Shown: positions 1-10,206, counted from the first letter of the whole stretch. The stretch is DNA of 60,240 nt, filler included, from 6 parts of 6 records of this genome joined end to end with filler, not necessarily neighbours in it; one strand, 5' to 3'. The notes: generated by a model from the sequence alone, not told the origin. Made by a program: numbers and translations.

Positions 1-522
1 GATGATTTTCTTGGTGTGCGTGCGCTCGTCGGTGATGACCCCGGCGCGCCCGACCTCCGAGCCGGTGCCGGACGTGGTCGGCACGGCGACGATGGGGGCG
101 ATGCCGTCCTCGTCGGCCTGTTTCCAGTTACTTCCGATGTCTTCGAAATCCCACATCGGGCGGGTTTGTCCGACCATCAGGGCGATCACCTTGGCGCAGT
201 CCATGGCGCTACCGCCGCCCCAGGCGATGATACCATCGTGGTTGCCGCTGCGGTAAGCTTCAAGCCCTGCTTCGACATTGGCGCTGACCGGGTTGCCCTG
301 AACCTCGGAAAACACCGCGCCCGGCACGCCGGCGGCTTCGAGTTCGGACAGAGCGTTCGGGATCATCGGCAAGCCGGCAAGTCCCGGGTCCGTCACCAGA
401 AGCGGGCGAGACATGCCCTGTGCTTTACAGACTTGACCGATTTCCGAAATACGGCCCGCACCGAAGCGGACAGCGGTCGGGTAGTTCCAGTTTCCGGAAA
501 GGGGAATGGCGTCGTTGCTCAT
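1..522 (-). CDS. Iron-containing alcohol dehydrogenase (3' end runs off the window)
   Basis: Not in the ORF track; translated by hand from ATG 522 (RBS AGGAGA at 531-536): MSNDAIPLSGNWNYPTAVRFGAGRI...IIAWGGGSAMDCAK...VAVPTTSGTGSEVGRAGVITD. GGGS and PTTSGTGSE are Fe-ADH family motifs. Confidence 0.9.
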   Translation of the reverse strand, partial: MSNDAIPLSGNWNYPTAVRFGAGRISEIGQVCKAQGMSRPLLVTDPGLAGLPMIPNALSELEAAGVPGAVFSEVQGNPVSANVEAGLEAYRSGNHDGIIAWGGGSAMDCAKVIALMVGQTRPMWDFEDIGSNWKQADEDGIAPIVAVPTTSGTGSEVGRAGVITDERTHTKKII

Positions 523-534
523 AAATGCAGTCTC

Positions 535-1164
535 CTAGCGGCGAGCGGTCCATGCCAGTGCTACTCCGGCACCAGCAAACAACAGGGCGAAAATGCGGTT
601 ACGTATCAATGCCTGGCGTCTGGTTTTGATCAGGCGGCCCATACGTCCTGCCAAAAGTCCATACACGGCATAAATGATGAAGGAAAGGGATACCGATGTG
701 GCCCCCAAAATAAACAGCTGCAAGATACCAAGTCCGCTATCGGTCGGTACGGTCATGAACGGGGGGTAGACGAGAACGTACGTCAGCGCGGATTTGGGGT
801 TGGTCAGGGTAATCAGCGCTGCCTTGATGAAAATGCTCCCGGCCTGACGTTTATCAAGCACGGGCAATTGTGCCGGGGCGCTGGATGCATGCCATGATTG
901 CCACGCCAGATAGCCAAGATAAACAACCCCGATCCATCTAAGGATTTCAAATAACTCGGCAGATGCTGCAAGGAATGCGATCAGCCCCGAACCGACCAGA
1001 AGAACATAAACTGAAACCCCAAAGGCGAAGCCAGCGGCGGCGGAGAGCGCCGCTGCATCCCCGCGACGAGAACCGATCGCCATTGCATAAGCTGCATTCG
1101 GTCCGGGAAATGCGGCAAACCCGATCCACAGCGTAACGAACAGCAACCATGTATGAAGGGACAT
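535..1164 (-). CDS. LysE/RhtB family amino-acid exporter
   Basis: FPGPN N-terminal motif, LRWIGVVYLGYLAWQ and LTNPK motifs, hydrophobic. Start moved to ATG 1164. Confidence 0.88.
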   Translation of the reverse strand: MSLHTWLLFVTLWIGFAAFPGPNAAYAMAIGSRRGDAAALSAAAGFAFGVSVYVLLVGSGLIAFLAASAELFEILRWIGVVYLGYLAWQSWHASSAPAQLPVLDKRQAGSIFIKAALITLTNPKSALTYVLVYPPFMTVPTDSGLGILQLFILGATSVSLSFIIYAVYGLLAGRMGRLIKTRRQALIRNRIFALLFAGAGVALAWTARR

Positions 1165-1208
1165 CAGATCATCGGAAAGGAGGCTTTCAACCACGATTGA
1201 TCTCTGCG

Positions 1209-1835
1209 CTAGTTTGTAAAGGCGGTTGTGGCTGCTGCGCGTGACAGTTTTGATGCATCCCACTGTCTGGGCGGGCTGGGCGCGGTATCTGAACCGGAAA
1301 TTAACGTGCCGGTCCCGATCTGATCCAGTTCTACACGACCGGCACTGTTTTCGACATACACACCCTTGCCGTCAAGCAGGGCAATTTCCATGTCGCCATC
1401 AAGTTTGCCACCCCAGAATCGTGTGCCGCGAATGCCGATCGTTGCCGTTTCGGTTTTGACTTCCATTGAGGCATCGGCGAGTTGCATGATCGAGCCGCTG
1501 CTCATTTCAAAAGCACCCTGCATGAGCCGCATGACGGCATTCCCGCCATTCTGCTGCAGCACGAATTCCACCACGGAAAACTGCGTGCGTTCGCCAAGCT
1601 TGACGCTGGTTCCGTCCTTGAAAGTCATTTCGAGACGGGCTCCCTTGCCCGTCGAGACAATATCTCCAAGCTGGACGTCGCTCCCGACTTCGAGCGGGCG
1701 GGGAAATGCGTCCTGCATGGCAACGGCTGCATTCTCGATCCGGCTGACGGTCGCAACAACATCCTCGTTCTGCTGCTGGGCGGCAAGGGGGCCGGCGAGA
1801 GCAAAGATAAACACGACAAGGACGGCTATTCGCAT
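1209..1835 (-). CDS. Secreted FecR-domain protein
   Basis: Signal peptide; GDIVSTGKGARLEMTFKDGTSVKLGERT and TATIGIRGTRF are FecR-domain signatures. Confidence 0.8.
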   Translation of the reverse strand: MRIAVLVVFIFALAGPLAAQQQNEDVVATVSRIENAAVAMQDAFPRPLEVGSDVQLGDIVSTGKGARLEMTFKDGTSVKLGERTQFSVVEFVLQQNGGNAVMRLMQGAFEMSSGSIMQLADASMEVKTETATIGIRGTRFWGGKLDGDMEIALLDGKGVYVENSAGRVELDQIGTGTLISGSDTAPSPPRQWDASKLSRAAATTAFTN

Positions 1836-1893
1836 GACATGTCCTCCGGTTCGTTAGTGAGAGCTCAATTCATAGGTTCGATAACGTCAATTC

Positions 1894-3276
1894 TTATATG
1901 ATTTCGAAGTATCGTTCCATCTCCCAGTCGGTAATATGCCGCCGGAACTCACGCTCTTCCCATTCACGTGTGGCCGCATAATGGTCGACGAAAACGTCTC
2001 CGAACATGTCGCGGGCAACTTTTGAGGATTTCAGCAGACCGGCGGCTTCCATAAGCGTTGTCGGCAATGCCAGACGTTTGGGGAATTTCTGTTCGTAGGC
2101 ATTGCCCTCGATCTTCGGTTCCGGAGAAAGCCCCGCTTCGATGCCATGCAGACCCGATGCAATTGCGGCCGCCAACGCCAGGTATGGATTACAGTCCGCA
2201 GCTGCAACCCGGTATTCGACGCGCTGTGACTTTTCAGACCCCTTGATGACACGAAGTGCGGTGGTCCTGTTATCAACCCCCCACGTGGCATCCGTCGGCG
2301 CCCAGAAGCCCGGGATCAGACGCGTGTAACTGTTTACCGTCGGTGAAATCATGGCCAGGAATTCAGGCATCAATTTCTGCTGCCCGGCGACGAACTGCGT
2401 CATGATTTTGCTCATGCCGTCCGGGTTCTTGGCATCATAGAAAACCGGTTTGCCGGCTGTTTTGGCGGTTCCTTTTTTGGAAAGCGAGATATGGATATGC
2501 CCTGACTGACCGGGCCAGTCCGGTGACCATTTCGCCATGAAGGTGGCCATCAGGCCGTGTTTCTGGGCCATGATTTTGGCAAAGGTCTTGAACAGGGCAG
2601 CCTTGTCGGCTGCGGCCAGGGCTTCATCAACGTTAATTGCGGCTTCCAGAACACCGGGACCGGTTTCTTCATGCAGACCTTCAAGGGGGATGTCCATTGC
2701 CAGACACCCGTCCAGCAGCTCGCGATAAAGATCGCTGTCGACGGTATTGCGCAGGACGGAATACCCGAAATAGCCGGGTTGGAGGGGTTTCAGGTCACGA
2801 TAATTCTTCTCGCGAACGCTATGGGGTGTTTCTTCGAATACGAAAAATTCAAACTCGAAACCGGCTTTGACCGTGTAGCCGAGCTTTTCGGCCCGGGCGA
2901 GAACGCGGCGAAGGGTGCCTCGCGGGCATACCTCTTCGTATTTGCCGGAGAATTCACCGAGAAAGAAAAGCATATTATCTTCCCAGGCAATTTCCCGGCA
3001 GGACTCAGGTAGCAGACGAACTTCCGCATCAGGATATCCGGTATGCCAGCCGGTGACCTGGACGTTGTCATAGAGTTGGTCATAGGAATCCCAGCCAACG
3101 ACGACGTCGCAGAAGCCGAAGCCTTTTTCGAGCGAAGAGAGGAACTTGTCCTTGCTCATGTATTTCCCGCGCATGATGCCATCGATATCGAAGACACCGA
3201 CCTTGACGTATTCAAGGCCCTGTTTCTGGATAATCGCCTTGGCATCGGCGACGGATTTTACTTTGCGCGCATTCAT
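1894..3276 (-). CDS. Glutamine synthetase-like protein (probable gamma-glutamyl-amine ligase)
   Basis: DIDGIMRGK, FEFEF, HEETGPGVLE, ATFMAKW, GQSGHIHISL, WGVDNRT and RVEYR motifs, with C-terminal WEMERYF. GlnA-like subfamily rather than GSI-beta. Confidence 0.85.
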   Translation of the reverse strand: MNARKVKSVADAKAIIQKQGLEYVKVGVFDIDGIMRGKYMSKDKFLSSLEKGFGFCDVVVGWDSYDQLYDNVQVTGWHTGYPDAEVRLLPESCREIAWEDNMLFFLGEFSGKYEEVCPRGTLRRVLARAEKLGYTVKAGFEFEFFVFEETPHSVREKNYRDLKPLQPGYFGYSVLRNTVDSDLYRELLDGCLAMDIPLEGLHEETGPGVLEAAINVDEALAAADKAALFKTFAKIMAQKHGLMATFMAKWSPDWPGQSGHIHISLSKKGTAKTAGKPVFYDAKNPDGMSKIMTQFVAGQQKLMPEFLAMISPTVNSYTRLIPGFWAPTDATWGVDNRTTALRVIKGSEKSQRVEYRVAAADCNPYLALAAAIASGLHGIEAGLSPEPKIEGNAYEQKFPKRLALPTTLMEAAGLLKSSKVARDMFGDVFVDHYAATREWEEREFRRHITDWEMERYFEII

Positions 3277-3441
3277 ATTGGCCCCCTGTTAACGAAAAAT
3301 AGAATCGTTATCTGCTGTCGTGGTCTGATAACGAAGTTATTGTGATTTATGCTATTTTAGGGCTGCGAGACCCCATGCGCCAAGCTCGGGATTCGTATCG
3401 GATCAAGAAATTGAGTGTTTTTGGAGGATTCTCCCGTTTCC

Positions 3442-5205
3442 ATGAATATTGATCTATCCGAAACCTTGAAACACGGGATCGCCCGGCATCAGGCAGGCGA
3501 TCTATCGGCTGCCAAGGAAGCTTATGATCGCATATTGAAGGCTGCGCCGGGGCATGCGGATGCACTGCATTTATCCGGATTGATCGCGCATCAACAGGGT
3601 GACAATGAAGTCGCAACCGCGCTGATCAGCAAGGCCATCAGAATGGATGGGAATGTTGCACTTTATCACGCAAATCTGGGACGTGTTTTGAAAGCTTCCG
3701 GAAATGATGTTGCTGCGATAGATGCATTTAAACAGGCCATTCAAATTGAGCCGGAAACGGCAGCTCTGCATGCTGATCTGTCATCAGCATTGCTTGGTGC
3801 AGGAGAGGCGGATGCCGCTCGTTCAAGGGCCAACCTGGCACTCGAACTGGACCCGGGATCAGCAGAAGCTAACGTCAATCTCGGGCTGGCCTTGCAGGAA
3901 CTGTATGGGCCGGCACATTCTGATGCCGTCAGCGCATTTCGCCGAGCGATTTCGCTCTCTCCTCATATCCCTGGTGCCTATCTCGGACTGGGGGTGGCAT
4001 TGCATGAAGCCGGAGACAGAGTTGGCGCCAAGCAGGCGTATACGCAGGCAATTTCCCTGAACCCCGGATTTGTCGAAGCCCATTGCAATCTTGGAAATCT
4101 GGCACGAGACGAACTGGATTTTGCGACGGCCGTTCTGCACTCCCGCTCGGCACTGGAACTGGACCCCGCACAATCAGTGGTCTGGGGGAACCTCGCCGTA
4201 GCGTTACAGGAATCCGGACAGCTCGATGCCGCCCTGCAGGCCTATGACAAGGCGATAGGCATTGAACCGGATCATCCGGAAGTGCGCAGGAACAGGGGGA
4301 TGGCGCTACTGGCGAAGGGCCATTTTGTCGAGGGATGGCGCGATTATGAATTTCGATGGCAGACAAAGCGGTTCAGAAGTATCCGCCGTGAATGGCCTGT
4401 GCCCGAGTGGGATGGCGGAGACCTGACAGGAAAGCGCATTCTTGTTCATGCGGAGCAGGGGCTCGGTGATACATTGATGTTCTGCCGGTATCTACCAATG
4501 TTGCAGAAATTGGGTGCGCAGGTGGTTTTCGAATGCGCGGATATTCTGCATCCGATTGTTTCAACCCTGCAAAATGACCTGAAGATCATTACGCCGGGAA
4601 CCGACATTCCAAATGCTGATTGTCATGCAGCCTTGTTGAGTTTGCCGGGATTGATGGGAACGACGGTTGAAAGCATTCCTGCTGATGTGCCGTATCTACA
4701 CCCCCCCGCGTGGCGAATGGAAAAATGGCAACGCATTGCCAAATCCTGGCCAGAAGGATTGAAAATAGGCATTGCATGGCGCGGCAGCCCTGATCATGCG
4801 CGTGATGAAATCCGTTCGCCGGGGCTTAGGCCTTTTATGAAACTGATTGAAGATCCCGGCGTTACATTGATTTCGTTGCAAAAGCAGGGTGGGGCCGAAG
4901 AACTGGCCACAATTGATGGTGCCGACAAAATTATTGACCCGACTAGTCAGATTGATGACTTCGCAGACACGGCTGCATTAATGGCAAACCTGGACGCTGT
5001 CGTTTCTTGTGACAGTGCGCCTTTGCACCTGGCGGGGGCTTTGGGAATTCCAGCGTCTGCTGTTTTGCCGCATGTCGCAGAATGGCGCTGGGGCCAAACA
5101 GGGGATTCGACCTCATGGTATCCAGGTATGTCGCTTGTTCGTCAAAAGACGCCGGGAAACTGGGAAAGCGTCTTTTCTGCAATTACGGCTGAATTGAAAC
5201 GGTGA
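3442..5205 (+). CDS. TPR-repeat protein with C-terminal glycosyltransferase-like domain
   Basis: Multiple TPRs (DALHLSGLIAHQQG, EAHCNLGNL), then GW..YE.RW, EQGLGD, IGIAWRGSP, D..VSCDSAPLHLAGALG and WYP motifs. Confidence 0.8.
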   Translation: MNIDLSETLKHGIARHQAGDLSAAKEAYDRILKAAPGHADALHLSGLIAHQQGDNEVATALISKAIRMDGNVALYHANLGRVLKASGNDVAAIDAFKQAIQIEPETAALHADLSSALLGAGEADAARSRANLALELDPGSAEANVNLGLALQELYGPAHSDAVSAFRRAISLSPHIPGAYLGLGVALHEAGDRVGAKQAYTQAISLNPGFVEAHCNLGNLARDELDFATAVLHSRSALELDPAQSVVWGNLAVALQESGQLDAALQAYDKAIGIEPDHPEVRRNRGMALLAKGHFVEGWRDYEFRWQTKRFRSIRREWPVPEWDGGDLTGKRILVHAEQGLGDTLMFCRYLPMLQKLGAQVVFECADILHPIVSTLQNDLKIITPGTDIPNADCHAALLSLPGLMGTTVESIPADVPYLHPPAWRMEKWQRIAKSWPEGLKIGIAWRGSPDHARDEIRSPGLRPFMKLIEDPGVTLISLQKQGGAEELATIDGADKIIDPTSQIDDFADTAALMANLDAVVSCDSAPLHLAGALGIPASAVLPHVAEWRWGQTGDSTSWYPGMSLVRQKTPGNWESVFSAITAELKR

Positions 5206-5211
5206 CGCAGA

Positions 5212-6216
5212 TCAAACGGTCGTTTCAGCTTCTTTTTTGATCGTATTCCATGTTTCGCGCATCCACGCCGCGCAGGCAATGCCCTGTTCAAACAGGGAAT
5301 ATTTACAGCCTTCGCCGTAATCGGTGCCGGGAATGAATTCTGTCGAAATCTGACCGAGCTTACCTTTCGGGTCTCGTGCGTGATAACGCATCAGAATGCG
5401 AATCCCTTCTTTCCAGGGCTCGAGCAAAGCTTCATCCCAATCTGCGTGGTATTGGCCGGCTGCTGGTTTGATAAAGGGATATTGAATACCGCGGCCGACT
5501 TTCCCGTCCGGATGATGCCCAGTTACATTCTTTGGGTTGTTGGGGATCGCAGCACGGGCATGGCAATGCCGGACCCAGCCCGCATTCACCCATTCCTCGA
5601 TCACGTTTCCATCCTGAAAAGGATCAAGGATAAGCTCTCCTGACGTGATCTTTTTACTGGTATCAAAAATGACCTGTTCGTCGGGATTGTCCATCTTGAA
5701 AATGACGTGACTGTGGTCGAGGGTGATATTGAATTCGACACCTTCGCTTTCGATGTGGCGACCAACCCGGGAAACTCTGACAAAATCTTCCGACCACATG
5801 TTAACGTGCACTTCGAAGCATGGTGTGCAGCCGTATTTTTCACCAAGTTCAGCGGCTTTCAGATAGGCATCAACAACCTCGTCATCGGTGACGACATGGC
5901 CTTTTGCATGATGAATTTTTATCTGGGTGTTGTGAACGATGGAACCGAGGTCGCGGCCCTTCTGGAGGTTTTCCTCTAGTAGTTTTTCATCTTCACCAAG
6001 GGTATAGAACCAGCCGCCGGCGCGAACAGGTAATCCGTATTTATCACGGGATTTGAGGAACTGGTCGAATTCGTCAGGGGCAGGGGTCTTGTCGATGTAA
6101 TCGAACACGCCTGACTCACGAACCATGGCAAATCGTGTATCGATATCCGGCATCGGGTCATCGTGGGTGTGTTTGATGCCGTTAGTTTGAATACCGAAAA
6201 GAAGATCGTTCACCAT
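5212..6216 (-). CDS. Uncharacterised xylose isomerase/AP-endonuclease-like TIM-barrel protein
   Basis: Metal-ligand pattern FEVHVNMWSE, ITLDHSH, HCHAR, STEF; RBS GGGAG upstream. Confidence 0.65.
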   Translation of the reverse strand: MVNDLLFGIQTNGIKHTHDDPMPDIDTRFAMVRESGVFDYIDKTPAPDEFDQFLKSRDKYGLPVRAGGWFYTLGEDEKLLEENLQKGRDLGSIVHNTQIKIHHAKGHVVTDDEVVDAYLKAAELGEKYGCTPCFEVHVNMWSEDFVRVSRVGRHIESEGVEFNITLDHSHVIFKMDNPDEQVIFDTSKKITSGELILDPFQDGNVIEEWVNAGWVRHCHARAAIPNNPKNVTGHHPDGKVGRGIQYPFIKPAAGQYHADWDEALLEPWKEGIRILMRYHARDPKGKLGQISTEFIPGTDYGEGCKYSLFEQGIACAAWMRETWNTIKKEAETTV

Positions 6217-6217
6217 G

Positions 6218-6270
6218 CAGACTCCCAGAGTTTCCAGAGATTGGAATGCTGGTAAACTCTAGGGAGCCTG
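6218..6270 (-). promoter_or_regulatory. Imperfect ~20-bp hairpin covering the RBS of the TIM-barrel gene
   Basis: CAGACTCCCAGAGTTTCCAG (6218-6237) is complementary to CTGGTAAACTCTAGGGAGCCTG (6249-6270). Confidence 0.5.
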
Positions 6271-6301
6271 ATGGCGTTTGGCCACAGCTAGATCAGCGAA
6301 C

Positions 6302-7753
6302 TTACTGCCAGGGCATCGAGAAGGTTTTGACGTTTGTGAAGCTCTTCATGGCTTCGATCACACCTTCCTTGTACCCGAGACCGGAATCCTTGATGCCGCC
6401 GAACGGAGACATTTCAATCCGGTATCCGGGGACTTCCCAGATATTCACGGTGCCGTGCTGCAATTCGTTGATGAAGCGGGTGATGTAATCCAGCCGGTTG
6501 GTGGCAACACCGGAGGACAGCCCGAAGTTCGTCCCGTTGGCGACACGGATCGCGTCATCAATATCCTTGATGCGCATGATCGGAATGGCCGGACCGAAGG
6601 TTTCTTCCGTCACCAGTTCCATTTCAGGGGTGACGTGATCGACGACGGTCGGCGGGAAAATCGCCCCTTGACGGTCATTGCCGTGCAGTAGTGTGGCACC
6701 TGCTTTAACCGCGTCATCGACACGCTGCTGGAATGTCATCGCTGCTTTTTCGGTAATGACACAACCGACATCGGTATCGGCATCGGTTGGATTGCCGGCT
6801 TTAAGCTTCTTCGCTTTCTCGACGCATGCAGCAGCGAATTCGTCTGCGATGCTTTCATGAACCAGAATGCGTTTCACTGCCGTGCAACGCTGACCGGAGT
6901 TTTTGGTCGCTCCGGCAACGGCCATCGTGGCCGCGCGGTCGATGTCCGCATCTTCCATGATGATGAACGGTGCATTGCCGCCAAGTTCGAGAACGGTGCG
7001 GCGGTAGCCGGCTTTTTCGGCAATCATTTTACCGACCGGTACACCGCCGGTGAAGGTGATCAGGTCGATGTTCGGGTCGGTGATCATGGAGTCGCCGATT
7101 TTTGCCGGCATGCCCGTGACAACATTGAACATTTCCGGCGGCAGTCCGGCTTCATACAGGACGTCGGCCAGCAGAAGTGCTGTCAGCGGGGTCAGTTCCG
7201 TCGGCTTGCAGACCATCCGGTTGTTCGTAGCAATGGACGGTGCGATTTTATGGGCGACCATGTTCAGCGGGTGGTTGAACGGTGTAATGGCGCTGATAAC
7301 GCCGAGCAGGGGTTCACGCTGCGTGAATATCTTGCGGCGCTGCCCATGTGGTGTCAGATCACAGGAGAAAATCTCCCCGTCATCCTGAATGCAGAGCTGG
7401 CCTGAAAGGTGAAACACATCAAAGGCCCGGCCGACTTCATAAAGGCTGTCTTTCTTGGAAAGACCGCACTCGGCCGTAATGACGTCCGAAATCTCATCTT
7501 TGCGTTCAACCAGAAGCTCCGCCGTTTTCATCAGAATTTGCTGACGTTCATAGCGGGTCAGATTTGGTTTGAAGGCAGCGGCTTTCTTAAAGGCATCTGC
7601 GATTTGCGAAGGATCGGCATTCGGAACCGTGCCGACAACAGAACCGTCATAGGGGTTCAGAACCTCAATGCGGTCGTCACTATCTACCTTCTGACCCGCA
7701 ATTCGCATGGTCTCGTGACGGGGCTGTGCAGTCTGATCTGTATGCGCATCCAT
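6302..7753 (-). CDS. phnY: Phosphonoacetaldehyde dehydrogenase
   Basis: ALDH motifs ([31 protein letters not shown]) in an operon with phnA and phnW. Confidence 0.92.
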   Translation of the reverse strand: MDAHTDQTAQPRHETMRIAGQKVDSDDRIEVLNPYDGSVVGTVPNADPSQIADAFKKAAAFKPNLTRYERQQILMKTAELLVERKDEISDVITAECGLSKKDSLYEVGRAFDVFHLSGQLCIQDDGEIFSCDLTPHGQRRKIFTQREPLLGVISAITPFNHPLNMVAHKIAPSIATNNRMVCKPTELTPLTALLLADVLYEAGLPPEMFNVVTGMPAKIGDSMITDPNIDLITFTGGVPVGKMIAEKAGYRRTVLELGGNAPFIIMEDADIDRAATMAVAGATKNSGQRCTAVKRILVHESIADEFAAACVEKAKKLKAGNPTDADTDVGCVITEKAAMTFQQRVDDAVKAGATLLHGNDRQGAIFPPTVVDHVTPEMELVTEETFGPAIPIMRIKDIDDAIRVANGTNFGLSSGVATNRLDYITRFINELQHGTVNIWEVPGYRIEMSPFGGIKDSGLGYKEGVIEAMKSFTNVKTFSMPWQ

Positions 7754-7771
7754 GATGAATCTCTCCGATAT

Positions 7772-9019
7772 TCAGGAAACGTGATTGAGGGCGACATCAA
7801 AGATGTCGAAGTTTCTAAGTTGACGACCGCCGGGCAGTTCCCGCAGCGGCTTCGTCACGATCAAAGGAACGGTCTGTTCCGTTACGCCGCCATGTGAGCG
7901 CAGCGGTTCTTTGAGTTGCGAAAGGTCATGCCTGTCTGCGCTGGTGCCAAGCACCTTGGACTTCTCGGACACAACGATCAGATCGCCAAGCCGGTCCTCG
8001 GGAAGGCCAAAAACGCTGCAACCTTCCGCGCGTGTGTACACTTTGGAAATGCCGTCGATGTTTTCTAGCTTATCAGCAACATCCGATGGCTGATCATCAC
8101 CTTTAAGGTAAACGGTTGCAAATGAGCCAAGAGCACCGTGATGAACCACATACGGATCGGTAATCGGCAGGATGACGCGCGCTTTTTCGGCACCGAGCAT
8201 GTCATCCAGAACTTCCTGCAGGAAGATGACGTCAGGTTCACCGTCGGCATTGAATTTTGCGTTCATACCGTGATCGGCGGTCAATGCCAGGGTCGCGCCA
8301 AGCGCGTCGAGTTGCGCGAAGTAGCTGTCCATCATGGCATAAAATTCATTGGCCACGGGCGTACCCGGTGCATGCTTGTGCTGGATGTAGTCCGTAGTCG
8401 AAAGATACATCAGGTCCGGGCGCATCTTCTCCATCAGCTTTACACCGGCATCAAAGATGAACTCGCTCAGCTCAGCGGAATAAACCGAAGGGATTTCGCG
8501 GCCGACCATGGCTTGAGCATTTTCGATGCCGTTTTCAGCCATCGTGGTTTCATCTGCTTTTTCCGATGAGAAACTGATGGCTCTGCCGGACGTGAAATCC
8601 AGTCCGTGGCCGAGCAGGCGGCGCAGCTTGTCCTTGGCCGTGATTACGCAGACTTTGGCGCCGGCGTCGTGAAAGGCCTTGAAGATGGTATCGACGCGAA
8701 GAAATTTCGGGTCGTTCATCATCACTTCTTCACCGGTATCGGGATCAAGGAAGAAGTTCCCGGAAATCCCATGCACCGCAGGCGGCTGTCCGGTCACGAT
8801 CGACAGGTTGTTGGGATTGGTGAAACTGGGTACGACACAATGCGCACGCAGATCGGCACCATTCTTGAGCGCCTTCTCCAGATACGGCATGTGCCCGCCG
8901 GCAATGGCTTGTTCGATATAATCAGGTTCGGAGCCGTCTATGCAGACAACCACGACGGGGGCCTGCGGCCAGTTATATGTCCGTCCATTCACGGAAACGG
9001 TTTTAATTATGCTGTTCAT
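7772..9019 (-). CDS. phnA: Phosphonoacetate hydrolase
   Basis: Alkaline-phosphatase superfamily: VCIDG, PSFTNPNN (Thr nucleophile), TTDYIQHKH, TADHGM, LRSHGG. Start at ATG 9019 with RBS. Confidence 0.93.
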   Translation of the reverse strand: MNSIIKTVSVNGRTYNWPQAPVVVVCIDGSEPDYIEQAIAGGHMPYLEKALKNGADLRAHCVVPSFTNPNNLSIVTGQPPAVHGISGNFFLDPDTGEEVMMNDPKFLRVDTIFKAFHDAGAKVCVITAKDKLRRLLGHGLDFTSGRAISFSSEKADETTMAENGIENAQAMVGREIPSVYSAELSEFIFDAGVKLMEKMRPDLMYLSTTDYIQHKHAPGTPVANEFYAMMDSYFAQLDALGATLALTADHGMNAKFNADGEPDVIFLQEVLDDMLGAEKARVILPITDPYVVHHGALGSFATVYLKGDDQPSDVADKLENIDGISKVYTRAEGCSVFGLPEDRLGDLIVVSEKSKVLGTSADRHDLSQLKEPLRSHGGVTEQTVPLIVTKPLRELPGGRQLRNFDIFDVALNHVS

Positions 9020-9033
9020 CAGTACTCTTCCTC

Positions 9034-10164
9034 TCAAGCGGCTGCGGGGCGCCCGTTTTCAACGCCCATCTCGTTCAGGACGTTTTCTATGACGCCGAGT
9101 GCGCCGCGCATTTCATCAGCACCGAGTGCGCCGATGCAGCCGATCCGAAAGGACGGCGCTACGGTAAGTTTGCCCGGATAAATAATGTAACCCTGATCCT
9201 TGAGCCGGTCGTAGAAGACTTCGAAGTCGAATTTCGGATCTTCGGGCATCTGAAATGTTACGATGATCGGTGCCTGTAGATTGTCCGGAAGCAGGGTTTC
9301 AAAACCAAGGCGTCGCATCCCGGCAATCAGGATGTCCCGGTTTTCCATATAACGGGCATAGCGACCGGCAACACCCCCCGCATTAAGGTACTGCCGGATG
9401 GCAGCATCAAAGGCGACAATCACATGCGTGGGCGGAGTGAAACGCCATTGGGCATTCTTTTCCATCGCCACCCACTGGTCGTAGAGGTCAAGGCTGAGGC
9501 TATGTGCGTTGCCTTTGCAGTTTTCCAATACGGACTTCCGGATCAATGCAAATCCCATGCCCGGGACGCCTTCCAGGCACTTGTTTGAAGAGGCCATGAC
9601 GGCATCGAAAGTTACTTTTCGAGCATCAAGATCGATGGCGCCAAAGGCACTCATGGCATCAATAATCAGACTTTTGCCGTGTTTGGCACACACATCGGCA
9701 ATCTCGGCAATCGGGTTGAGAATGCCTGACGTGGTTTCGCAATGAACGGCCAGGATGTGGGTGATGTCGCTATCTTCTGCGAGCAGTTTTTCGAGATGCG
9801 ACATATCAGGGGGGGTGTCTTCAGGTGTTTCGTAGGTGCTGCAATCACGGCCCGCGTAACCCAGAATTTTGACCATGCGGTGACCATAGGCACCGTTAAT
9901 CAGGATAAGCGCTTTACCGTCGCGGGGGATCAGTGTCCCAAGGGTTGCTTCAACGGCGAATGTGCCGCTGCCCTGTACAGGGACGCAGACGTGCGTTTCT
10001 TCAGCATTCGCAATTTTTAGAAGATTTGCCCGGACACGCGCATTTGTTTCGATGAAAGTTGCGTCGCGCGAGCCCCAGTCATGCAGCATCGCTTCTTTGG
10101 TTTCTGCTGACGTGGTCAGCGGGCCTGGGGTTAAAAGCCATGGATCACGTTCTGCAGTCGACAT
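9034..10164 (-). CDS. phnW: 2-aminoethylphosphonate--pyruvate transaminase
   Basis: LLTPGPLTTS, DWGSRD, QGSGTFAVEA, HCETTSGILNP, DAMSAFG, SSNKCLEG and QWRFTPPTH motifs. Confidence 0.95.
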   Translation of the reverse strand: MSTAERDPWLLTPGPLTTSAETKEAMLHDWGSRDATFIETNARVRANLLKIANAEETHVCVPVQGSGTFAVEATLGTLIPRDGKALILINGAYGHRMVKILGYAGRDCSTYETPEDTPPDMSHLEKLLAEDSDITHILAVHCETTSGILNPIAEIADVCAKHGKSLIIDAMSAFGAIDLDARKVTFDAVMASSNKCLEGVPGMGFALIRKSVLENCKGNAHSLSLDLYDQWVAMEKNAQWRFTPPTHVIVAFDAAIRQYLNAGGVAGRYARYMENRDILIAGMRRLGFETLLPDNLQAPIIVTFQMPEDPKFDFEVFYDRLKDQGYIIYPGKLTVAPSFRIGCIGALGADEMRGALGVIENVLNEMGVENGRPAAA

Positions 10165-10206
10165 CGATACCTCCGCAAAGTCAGCAGCACACTATGCGGT
10201 CTTTAT

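Noticed and set aside
16-897. 293-aa plus-strand ORF at the window start
   Set aside because: Antisense to the Fe-ADH and LysE genes, which carry clear family motifs.
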